Of a stretch of 60,748 bases of DNA, positions 48,848 through 57,277 are shown in pieces. A program made the position numbers and the translations under genes. This DNA is from Spirulina sp. (GTDB lineage Bacteria; Cyanobacteriota; Cyanobacteriia; Phormidesmidales; Phormidesmidaceae). The notes under the pieces were generated by a model. It was not told the origin of the DNA. It saw only the letters and a list, made by a program, of their open reading frames with translations, and did no database searches. The stretch covers positions 1-60,748 of the forward strand of contig JBIPSI010000031.1 of assembly GCA_044070495.1 (NCBI GenBank), given 5' to 3'. Positions within the stretch are counted from its first letter, which is position 1. Each line of letters opens with the position of its first letter.

Positions 48848-49906
48848 ATGGCCGTTCCAACTCCCCTCCACTATTGGCTTGTGCGCCTGCGGGTTTTTCG
48901 GCGGCGGCGGGTGTGGGCCATGGCCCTAGGGTTCCTTGTACTGGGTCTGGTGGGGCATCAATACCTGAACCATCCGGAATGGCTTCAGGGCTTCACCCTA
49001 GACGAGGAGGATCGGGCGGGTTCGGCGGGGGCTGACTTATCGGAGTTGTCCCAGGAAGAACTGGCGGATTTAGCGGAAGTGGATAACCTATCCCTGCTGC
49101 TAAACCAACTTCAGCCGATCACCGCCAACACCCTGGCGGAGGTTCCCGCTACAACTCCACCCCCCGAAACCACCGCCGCCCTGGCGCTGCCTAGCCCTGC
49201 CACCGTTGCCCCTCTGCGGTCATCCGACGGGGAAAGCCCCTTTGCCGCGTACCTAGAACGCACCCAATTTCGGGTGGGATCCCTGGCCACCCTCGACGAT
49301 CCTGCCGCTGCCGAGACCCCTAACCCTGATCCTCTGTCTTTGGGCGGATCGGCCCCCCTCAGCCCCCTTCAGCGGTTCCTTTCCCCCGCCGAATCCGCTG
49401 TCTCTGCTTCAGAGAATCCGTCTTCCCCGGATGAAGAAGTCCCCTCCTCGGCGGCATCCACCCCCGAACGCCTCACCCCCACAACCTCCACAGGGCTGAC
49501 ACCGCCCCCCTGGGTGGTAGAAGGCAGCGTTCCGGGGGTGAACCAACCCTTTATTCGCACAACACCGGAAATGTCGCCTCCTCCGGGCACCACGGGTTAC
49601 GCACTACCGCCCAGCTTAGCAACCCCTTCCAGCCAAGGACTTCCCAGCGTTCCAAGTAATCCAGGACTGCCCTCGGCCCCTGCGCTTAACCTCAGCCCCA
49701 GCCCCACCTCTTCTGGAGCCGTGACCGTTCCTAACCCCAGTGGCGTTGGCAATACGCTGCCCCCCTCCTCTGGCCTCAATACCTACACCCAACCCGCCGC
49801 CGGAATCCCAGAACCCGCCCCCTTCTCCGCCCCTCGGCCACCGGGCACCTACACGGGAGGCGGCTATATCAACACCTTCTCAGACCCCAGCGGCCCTGTG
49901 GATTAG
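48848..49906 (+). CDS. Hypothetical Pro/Ser-rich single-TM protein
   Basis: N-terminal TM, LSQEELA..AEVDNL..L motif, C-terminal YTGGGYINTFS. Confidence 0.75.
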   Translation: MAVPTPLHYWLVRLRVFRRRRVWAMALGFLVLGLVGHQYLNHPEWLQGFTLDEEDRAGSAGADLSELSQEELADLAEVDNLSLLLNQLQPITANTLAEVPATTPPPETTAALALPSPATVAPLRSSDGESPFAAYLERTQFRVGSLATLDDPAAAETPNPDPLSLGGSAPLSPLQRFLSPAESAVSASENPSSPDEEVPSSAASTPERLTPTTSTGLTPPPWVVEGSVPGVNQPFIRTTPEMSPPPGTTGYALPPSLATPSSQGLPSVPSNPGLPSAPALNLSPSPTSSGAVTVPNPSGVGNTLPPSSGLNTYTQPAAGIPEPAPFSAPRPPGTYTGGGYINTFSDPSGPVD

Positions 49907-49924
49907 CGCCATGGGATCTATCCT

Positions 49925-50029
49925 CAGTAGATCACAAAGCCCCTGCTGGCCCTCATCCCTCAGCCCCTTCTCCCAAAAATGGGAGAGGGGTTTGGGGTGA
50001 GGGCAACGTCAAGCTTTTTCGATCTACTG
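49925..50029. mobile_element. Composite MITE-like element: CAGTAGATC TIRs around a CCCTC/GAGGG hairpin core
   Basis: CAGTAGATCACAAAGC (49925-49940) vs GCTTTTTCGATCTACTG (50013-50029). Confidence 0.6.
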
Positions 50030-50089
50030 CTCTTAGGAAGCGTTAGCCTTGGCTAGAAGGACGGGTCGGCGCAGCGGACGGTGGGCGTA

Positions 50090-50401
50090 TTAATCCATGT
50101 TGGCCTCTGGGAAGGGATCGCTAATTTGCTCCGCCTCAGGATATTCGTCGGCGATGGCCAGTTCCACATTGCCACGGGGAACGGTGGCCAGTCGTTTAGC
50201 AACGGTGCCAATACTTTCTAGGCGAATGATTTCTTCCCAGGAGCAAATTTCGTCCTCATCCTCGGTTTCGTAGCGTAGGGTAACGAGATCGCCCTCAATG
50301 TCTAAAATTCGCGCCCGCTCTATCCAACGCTGTTGATCCCGCAGATAAATCGACACTTCCTGACCATCACAACAGAGTTGATAGATCTTGCGATGTAGCA
50401 T
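50090..50401 (-). CDS. Conserved cyanobacterial protein (DUF6679-like)
   Basis: MLHRKIYQLCCDG.EV.I.LRDQQRWIERARI. Confidence 0.85.
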   Translation of the reverse strand: MLHRKIYQLCCDGQEVSIYLRDQQRWIERARILDIEGDLVTLRYETEDEDEICSWEEIIRLESIGTVAKRLATVPRGNVELAIADEYPEAEQISDPFPEANMD

Positions 50402-50524
50402 GTCGCGTCTCCTATATCGGTAACATCAACGCTTCATTGGCCGAGTTCGTGGCCCGTAGTGGTTCATTCTAGCGAATGTTAACCCTGTACCTTGGTATTT
50501 GATGTTGCTCTTCCTCCACTGCCC

Positions 50525-51274
50525 ATGCTGCTCCATCTTTGTACCTGGCCCGAAGTCGAAGCCTACCTCACCCGTTCCCAGGGAATTATCCTGCCCATTG
50601 GCTCTACCGAACAGCACGGCCCCAACGGCCTGATTGGCACCGATGCGATCTGCGCCGAGGCAGTGGCAAAGGGGGTGGGCGAAGCCACCGAAGCCCTAGT
50701 TGGCCCCACCATTAACGTCGGTATGGCCCTGCACCATACGGGGTTTCCTGGCAGCATGAGTTTGCGCCCCAGCACCCTAATTGCCCTAGTGCAGGATTAC
50801 CTCAAACCCCTGGCGCGCTACGGGTTTACCCGGTTCTTTTTCATCAACGGCCACGGGGGCAATGTGGCCACCCTCAAGGCGGCCTTTGCCGAAACCTATG
50901 CCGCCCTAGCCGAAGCCCAGGTGCCCCAGGCCAACGAGGTGCGCTGTGCCGTAGCCAACTGGTATATGTGTCGTTCTGTGTATACCCTGGCCAAGGAATT
51001 CTATGGCGACCAGGAAGGATCCCACGCTACCCCCAGCGAAGTGGCCCTCACCCAATACGTCTATCCCGACCACATTAAGCGGGTTGATCTCGATCCGCCC
51101 GTGGCCCCGGCTGGCTTCCCGATCTATAGCGCCGCCGACTTTCGCCAGCACTATCCCGATGGCCGCATGGGGTCTAACCCCGCCCTAGCCACCCCTGACC
51201 ATGGCGAAAAGCTCTACGAGGCCGCTGTGAAGGATCTCACCAACGACTACTTGCGCTTCCTGGGGGCCAATTAG
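50525..51274 (+). CDS. Creatininase family amidohydrolase
   Basis: PIGSTEQHGP..LIGTD, HH..FPGS, NGHGGN, HA...E. Confidence 0.93.
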   Translation: MLLHLCTWPEVEAYLTRSQGIILPIGSTEQHGPNGLIGTDAICAEAVAKGVGEATEALVGPTINVGMALHHTGFPGSMSLRPSTLIALVQDYLKPLARYGFTRFFFINGHGGNVATLKAAFAETYAALAEAQVPQANEVRCAVANWYMCRSVYTLAKEFYGDQEGSHATPSEVALTQYVYPDHIKRVDLDPPVAPAGFPIYSAADFRQHYPDGRMGSNPALATPDHGEKLYEAAVKDLTNDYLRFLGAN

Positions 51275-51275
51275 C

Positions 51276-51548
51276 ATGGCCTGCCAGTTGTGCCAACGTC
51301 CGGTGGCCGACCTCACGGAACATCACCTGACTCCGCGCCAGTACACCAAGCGCCGAGGGCTGGATCCTGGCCCCACGGTGCAGCTTTGTCGCCCCTGCCA
51401 CCGCCAGATCCACACGCTGTTCAGCAACCACACTCTGGCCAAGGAACTCAATACCCTAGATCGGCTTCAGGCCCATCCGCAGATGCAGTCTTTCCTGGGC
51501 TGGATTCGCAAACAACGGCCCGACAAGCATGTGCGTAGCTATCGCTAA
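51276..51548 (+). CDS. Small HNH-type protein (YisB-like)
   Basis: CQLC, TEHHL.P, LCRPCHRQIH..F.N..LA; starts 1 nt after the creatininase stop. Confidence 0.85.
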   Translation: MACQLCQRPVADLTEHHLTPRQYTKRRGLDPGPTVQLCRPCHRQIHTLFSNHTLAKELNTLDRLQAHPQMQSFLGWIRKQRPDKHVRSYR

Positions 51549-53536
51549 GGCGCGGTTGGCGGTGCGATAGGGGTCACTTGCCACTCTCGGAGCCGCAGTT
51601 GGGCCTGGGCATAGGCTTCGGTTTGGGGCGGAATGGCGGCGGCAATTTCGGCGGCGCGGGCGGGATTGAGGCGGGCTTCGCTTTCGGCTAGCCGCAGCAG
51701 GTCAAAGCTCCAGCGGTTGAGGACACGCACAGCTTCGGGCCGTTGGGGGCTGTCTTCGGGCACCTGTTGCGCCGCCTGAATGGCGTCTACCAAGGCACTA
51801 ACGCTGCCCTGCTGGGCCAGTTGGTAGGCCCGTTGAATCTGTTGCTGGCCGTCTACCTGTCTGCGCCAGGTGGCGATGTCGCCCTGGGCTTGGTCGTAGA
51901 GGGCGCGGCCCCGACCAATGCGGGAGGCCACGGCAATGGCGTCTTGGTACTGCCCCGCAGTAGCCATCTGCTGGGCTTGGGCAAGAAGGGGGCCATCTTC
52001 GGTGCGCTCTTGGTCGCCCCGCCAGCCTCGGATTAAATCCTGAGCTTCGCCGTGGAGGGCGCGGCCTGGGCCAATGCGGCGGGCGGTGGCCATGGCGGCA
52101 TTGAGATCGCCCAGGCGGGCAAACTGGCGGGCTTCCTCCAGAATGGGGCGATCCTCGGCGGTTTCTACTTGGTTGCGCCAGCCATCAATTTCGGCCTTGG
52201 CCTCGTCCCACATGGGGTTAGATCGAGAAATGGCCTCGGCTTCGGTGATGGCGGCCTGCAGATCGGCAGCGGTGCCTCCCAAGGCCAATTGCTGCGCCCA
52301 TTCCAACTGGGTGCGCCCTTCTATCTCGGCCCGCCATTGCCCGATCAATCGCTGGGCTAACCCGTAGCGGGGGCGGCTGGCATCAAGGCTTTGTAGACGG
52401 CTGACGCCTCCCTCTAGGCCCGTAATGCCCCCCTGCCAAGACAACTGACTGGCTTCAATGATGGCACGCATGTCGGCAATATCGGCCCCAAGATTCAGGT
52501 TCGAGGGAATCGCCGACAGCATTTGTTGAGCCTCGTCAGCATTCCGCCGATTAAGGGCATTTTCGGCCATCTCTATCAGAATGCCGCCAAATTCACCCAG
52601 TACCTTCTGGGCCTCGCCATGGAGGGGGCTGTCGCTGGGCACTTCCTGGGCAATGGCGATGGCTTCCCTAAGGGCGGCGAGGGTGCGCTGGTCGGCAAGG
52701 CGCTTGGCCCGTCCCAGTTCGTTGAGGGTTTCGCGGGCGGCGGTAATGTTGGCGGTCAACTCGTCGTACTTAACGGTGTTCCAGTAGGTATTGCGTACCT
52801 TCAGCAACTGGGTGGCCTGGGTAAAGGCTTCCTGAAATTCTAGGTTTTTGAGTTGGGTTTCGGCGGCGGCGTAGATGGTCTCCGCCTCTTGCCAGATCTG
52901 GTTCCACTCCTCCACCCGTTCCCCCACCACCTGGGCGGCGGCGGTGTGGTTGGGAATGCGGCGAGCCATAGTGATGGCCTCCTGCCACTGCCCCGCCTGA
53001 AAAGATTGTTCGGCCAGATCAAGGATGCGATCTGCCCAGGTTTCGATGCGCTGGCTAATTTCCCCCCGCAGGGGATGATCTGGGGGTAGGGCCTCAATTA
53101 GAGCAATGGCCTCTAGGTAGCCCTCCACGGTGCCTTGGTCGGCAAAGGCTTCGGCGCACTGAATGCGGGTGGTGGCGGAGGCCGCAGGCCAAAAAATGGC
53201 GCGACAGTTAGGCAGGTTGGGAATACGCAGTAAGGCTACCGCCGATGCCACCCCTAGCCCCATCACCGCCACGAGAGCACCGATGGTCCACAGGGGCCAC
53301 TGCTTGGCCATGCGCTGGCCAAAGGTTTTACGGGGCGTTGGCCTAGGCCAGGGATGATCTGGGGCGGGGGCAGATCGCTGGCGCAGATCCGCTAGGGGGT
53401 CGTAGCGCTCGGTTGCGGTGGGGTCGTAGAACGGGGAAACATAGGGCGACCCTTGGGTGGGCCATTCCTCCGGCGATGGCTCTGGATCTTCATAAAAAGA
53501 TCGCGGTGGTGTGTTGCGGTTGCCAGCCATGCCCAT
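51545..53536 (-). CDS. Conserved cyanobacterial single-TM helical-repeat protein
   Basis: TM helix then LPNC..IFWP.ASA..R..CA; recurring AI..A..IP...P.Y..AQ..I..W helical motifs; start uncertain. Confidence 0.8.
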   Translation of the reverse strand: MGMAGNRNTPPRSFYEDPEPSPEEWPTQGSPYVSPFYDPTATERYDPLADLRQRSAPAPDHPWPRPTPRKTFGQRMAKQWPLWTIGALVAVMGLGVASAVALLRIPNLPNCRAIFWPAASATTRIQCAEAFADQGTVEGYLEAIALIEALPPDHPLRGEISQRIETWADRILDLAEQSFQAGQWQEAITMARRIPNHTAAAQVVGERVEEWNQIWQEAETIYAAAETQLKNLEFQEAFTQATQLLKVRNTYWNTVKYDELTANITAARETLNELGRAKRLADQRTLAALREAIAIAQEVPSDSPLHGEAQKVLGEFGGILIEMAENALNRRNADEAQQMLSAIPSNLNLGADIADMRAIIEASQLSWQGGITGLEGGVSRLQSLDASRPRYGLAQRLIGQWRAEIEGRTQLEWAQQLALGGTAADLQAAITEAEAISRSNPMWDEAKAEIDGWRNQVETAEDRPILEEARQFARLGDLNAAMATARRIGPGRALHGEAQDLIRGWRGDQERTEDGPLLAQAQQMATAGQYQDAIAVASRIGRGRALYDQAQGDIATWRRQVDGQQQIQRAYQLAQQGSVSALVDAIQAAQQVPEDSPQRPEAVRVLNRWSFDLLRLAESEARLNPARAAEIAAAIPPQTEAYAQAQLRLREWQVTPIAPPTAP

Positions 53537-53694
53537 TACCTGTCTGTTTACGGGGGTGCTTTGCCCCAAAGTAGCAGAGAAATTCCGTGACCCCAAGTTT
53601 GTCAGCCCTAGTATATCGATGCCTTTAAAAAACGGCCTTTCAAAAACGCAATGGGGCAGGTTTATCCCCCAGGTCAGCGTTGCCCCAAGGTGGC

Positions 53695-54900
53695 CTATAC
53701 CCGTCGCGGCAGTCGCACTGTGAAGGTGGATCCCTGGCCCACCTGGCTGTCTACGGTGATGGTGCCGCCCATGATGGTGACGAGGGATTGCACAATGGCC
53801 AACCCCAGGCCCGTACCCGGTCGGCGGCGACGAAGGCTTTGGTCGCCCTGGCGGAAGGATTCAAAGATGTGGGGGCGTTGGTCGGGGGCGATGCCGATGC
53901 CCGTATCGGTCACGGTGAGCAGGAAGGTATCGGGGGTGTCGGGGGCGGCGGCGGTGGACACCCGCACATAGCCCTGATCGCTGAATTTAATCGCGTTGGA
54001 CACCAGATTGGTGAGAATTTGGCGTAGCCGTCGTTCGTCGTTGACCACCATGGGATCGGCGAGGGCGAGGTCGGTTTCTAGGGTCAGCGCTTTGCCCTGG
54101 GCGAGGGATTGCAGATCCGAGAGCACCGACTGCACCAGGCCATGAAGATGAACGGGGCCGGGGGTGAGGCTGAGGCGTTGGGCCTCTAGTTTGGAGAGGT
54201 CGAGGATGTCGTTGACCAGGTTGAGCAGGGTTTTGCCATTGGTGAGGATGCGCTTCACCATTTCGGCCTGGTGGGGGGTGAGCGGCCCCTTGGACTGACT
54301 TTCCAAAATTTGGGAAAACCCCAAAATAGCGTTGAGGGGAGTTCGCAGTTCGTGGCTCATGGTGGCCAGAAATTCCGACTTAACCCGATAGGCTTCCAAT
54401 AGCTTTAGGTTTTGGTCTTCAATGTAGCGGCGCTGACGCTCCAGTTCTTCGTTTTGCTGGGTCAGCAGGCGGTTACTCTCCTGGAGTTTGGCCTGAACCT
54501 CGGCCTCCCGCTGTTCGGCGGCATAGACCCGCAGGGCATTCCGCAGCAGCAGGGCCAATCGGTCGGCAGATACCCGCGTTTTCACCAGGTAATCGCTGGC
54601 TCCGGCCTTCATCAGGTCTACGGCGATCTGCTCGTCCCCTTGCCCCGTCAGCACAATTAGGGGAATGGTGACCCCCTCCCGCCGCAGTTGTTGAATCAGC
54701 GTCAACCCATCGCGATCCGGCAGTTGATAATCCAAGAAAACGCAGTCGTAGGGTTCCTGGCGGAGCCGCTCTAGGGCCTGTTCGGCGTGGGTTACTTCCG
54801 TTACCGCCACCGCCAGGGCCGACCGCCGCAGGGCACGGCAGATCGCCATCCGATCCACCTCGTCATCGTCCACTAGCAGCAGCCTGAGAGGTTCGGTCAT
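53695..54900 (-). CDS. Hybrid histidine kinase (REC-HisKA-HATPase)
   Basis: LLVDDD, FLDY.LPD, MSHELRTPLN, NLVSNAIKF, DTGIG, GTGLGL. Confidence 0.95.
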   Translation of the reverse strand: MTEPLRLLLVDDDEVDRMAICRALRRSALAVAVTEVTHAEQALERLRQEPYDCVFLDYQLPDRDGLTLIQQLRREGVTIPLIVLTGQGDEQIAVDLMKAGASDYLVKTRVSADRLALLLRNALRVYAAEQREAEVQAKLQESNRLLTQQNEELERQRRYIEDQNLKLLEAYRVKSEFLATMSHELRTPLNAILGFSQILESQSKGPLTPHQAEMVKRILTNGKTLLNLVNDILDLSKLEAQRLSLTPGPVHLHGLVQSVLSDLQSLAQGKALTLETDLALADPMVVNDERRLRQILTNLVSNAIKFSDQGYVRVSTAAAPDTPDTFLLTVTDTGIGIAPDQRPHIFESFRQGDQSLRRRRPGTGLGLAIVQSLVTIMGGTITVDSQVGQGSTFTVRLPRRV

Positions 54901-54962
54901 CGGGGGATGTGGTCGTCGGGGAGTTCTGCCATCGGGGATTCTACCATCGGGGGTTCTGTCAT

Positions 54963-55394
54963 CTAGGGAATCTCGCACATGGCCCAATAGTGGTTGAGGG
55001 CGGCCATCACCTCGGCAAAGGTGGCAAAGGCAACGGGTTTGAGGATATACCCCGCCACGTTAAAGCGATAGGCCTCCAGGCGATCTTGGTCGGCATCGGA
55101 GGTGGTGAGAACAACCACAGGGGTGGATTGAAGGGATTCATCCTGCCGCAGTTCGCGCAAAAATTCTAGGCCGTTCATCTTCGGCATGTTGATATCCAGC
55201 AGCACCACCCGCCGATCCTTGGGGATGACCGCATCAGGACTCGTCCTGCCGCGCAGCATGGCCAAGGCATCTAGGCCGTTGTGGGCTACGTATAGCGGGT
55301 TGCGAATTTGGTGGCGACGAAAGGCCCGCTGAACATTCATCACATCGACCTCATCATCCTCCACAAGCAAGACATTAACGGTTCGCTCTGGCAT
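54963..55394 (-). CDS. Single-domain response regulator (Rcp1-like)
   Basis: LLVEDD..D, LLDINMPKMNG, VVLTTS...D...AY......YILKP. Confidence 0.93.
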   Translation of the reverse strand: MPERTVNVLLVEDDEVDVMNVQRAFRRHQIRNPLYVAHNGLDALAMLRGRTSPDAVIPKDRRVVLLDINMPKMNGLEFLRELRQDESLQSTPVVVLTTSDADQDRLEAYRFNVAGYILKPVAFATFAEVMAALNHYWAMCEIP

Positions 55395-55653
55395 CGTTTC
55401 ATGCTCCGGTAACAAAGAAGCGAGGCGAGGGCTAGGTTCCTAATCTGGGGTTCCTGCCAGCAGGTCTTCTGCCGATGGGACGTTTAGCGATGACCCCATC
55501 CATGGATCTCAACCCGTCAATCGACTCAATTGCCTTTGGAAATCACTTGACTTGGGAAATCGCTGTTGGCCGCAATCACGGTATCGCCCGTTTTGCCTCG
55601 TTTCCCATTGTAAAAAGCGGTTAGAACAACCTTAATCTGCCCTAGGGGAGAAC

Positions 55654-56751
55654 CTAATCGGCCAACGGGGAGAGATGGGGCACTTGAGCGGTCAATGCCT
55701 GGGGATGCACCCCAGCTCGATGGGCAGCGATTACTCCAATAGCTTCTAGATACGAAGCTACTTTGACGGGATGTCCTCCCAGAGCCGTTAGGGGCACATT
55801 GAGGGTCGTGGTGTTGTTGGCCACGGCAATCACCAGGGTTTTGGTGCGGCTGAGACTCAGGACGGCACCACCCCCGCAGGCACTCGCAGGCACCAGAATA
55901 GCATCCACCTGATCGGCCCAGATGTCCCCAGATTGGCCATAACTGGCGGGTAGATGGTCAGACAGCGCATTTCCCGGACGGGTGACAAACTGGGGCGCAC
56001 GGCTCAGCCCCGCCAGCACACAGGGCAAAAAGGTATAGCCAATTTCCTCCGCCGCCGCTTTGGGTGATACCGCCAAATCCAACGGCAGCGGACTAAGGGC
56101 CGGAGCATGGGCACAGGGCACCCCAAAGGTACGCACCACCAAATGGCTAATCACCGCCTCCGCCCCCGCCACCAAGTCAACCCCCTGGCCAAGGCGATAG
56201 TTGTTCAGGGTTTCCAGGTCGGCCTCGTCCTCATCGTCCGGGAAACGGGCCACCACGGCGATGGCCTCTGCCCCGGCGGCGATGGCTTTCTCTGCCGCCC
56301 GCAGCAAACTATCGGGCCGTTCCAACGTGCCCCAAGTCGCCCCCGATTCCGCCTGTCGTAGGGTTACCCCCAGGGGCGCATCGGTGACCACATAGTCCAG
56401 CACATCTAGGCCCAGGGTGGCACGGGTGGCCTCGGCAGCTTGTCGGTGGCGTCCGCGCAAGTCTTCCTCAATGGCGGCATCCAGCACCAAGCCAATTCGG
56501 TTGCGATGCACCGGACGCAGCCCCCACCGCCCTGCCGCAAACTGATCCAGCCCAAACCCCTCCACATACAGGGCATTGGGCAAGGGCCAATACAACTGCG
56601 CCCCATTCATCACATTGGGATGGGTAATCAGCCGATCCACCACTGAAGCCACCACCCGCGCCGCTGGTAGGGCATCTCCGGCATAGCCCCCAATGGCCGC
56701 CCCTACCCCCGTCGGCACCACCATCACCGCCGTATAGGGACGAGCCACCAT
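55654..56751 (-). CDS. DUF3326 domain-containing protein
   Basis: VPTGVGAAIGGYAGDA, LITHPNVMNGA, GAEAVISHL, AAAEEIGYTFLPCVL. Confidence 0.92.
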   Translation of the reverse strand: MVARPYTAVMVVPTGVGAAIGGYAGDALPAARVVASVVDRLITHPNVMNGAQLYWPLPNALYVEGFGLDQFAAGRWGLRPVHRNRIGLVLDAAIEEDLRGRHRQAAEATRATLGLDVLDYVVTDAPLGVTLRQAESGATWGTLERPDSLLRAAEKAIAAGAEAIAVVARFPDDEDEADLETLNNYRLGQGVDLVAGAEAVISHLVVRTFGVPCAHAPALSPLPLDLAVSPKAAAEEIGYTFLPCVLAGLSRAPQFVTRPGNALSDHLPASYGQSGDIWADQVDAILVPASACGGGAVLSLSRTKTLVIAVANNTTTLNVPLTALGGHPVKVASYLEAIGVIAAHRAGVHPQALTAQVPHLSPLAD

Positions 56752-56795
56752 CCCTTGGAACCCACTCACCATCAACCCAAACACTCCCCAGCAAT

Positions 56796-56917
56796 AGGAC
56801 GCCCTTAGAACTCAGTCGGGACTCAATCAGGACTCAGTCGGGACTCAAGCCCCAGGCGCAGGACGTCCCTAGGACTCAATGAGACCCCCCTCAATGAGAA
56901 CCCAATTAGAACTCAAG
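56796..56917. repeat. 11-bp tandem G(G/A)ACTCA(G/A)TC repeats upstream of the DUF3326 gene
   Basis: GAACTCAGTCG GGACTCAATCA GGACTCAGTCG GGACTCAAGCC, then degenerate copies to 56917. Confidence 0.8.
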
Positions 56918-57277
56918 GTCGAACCGTCATCTTAAGCCGATTCCGCCCCCCAAAAACCGATTCCTAGCCCGATAAACCGTAGGGGCGAGGTCTCCTCGCC
57001 CGCTGATATCGGGGGCCAACAAGGCGGATTTGCTCGGAAAACAGATTTTCATCGTTGGGGGTGTCGCGCTAGCGGCCTAGACGATGGCTACTCCCCCATG
57101 ATTGAGATTGACCAGTCGATGAAAATCCTGTTCGATCTAGGCAGGTCAGTTCCCCTACAATGACCGCCAGTGGCCTGGATGATTGATCGTCAGCAGCGGC
57201 CCAGATGATGAAAAACCGGATATCCTAAGGCATCGTTAGCAAACATCGTCAGGCTTCTCTCCGGCGGGGATTGGGTT

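Noticed and set aside
54901..54987. N-terminal DGRxP extension of the hybrid kinase
   Set aside because: Derives from a short intergenic tandem repeat and overlaps the upstream gene; ATG 54900 fits the REC domain start
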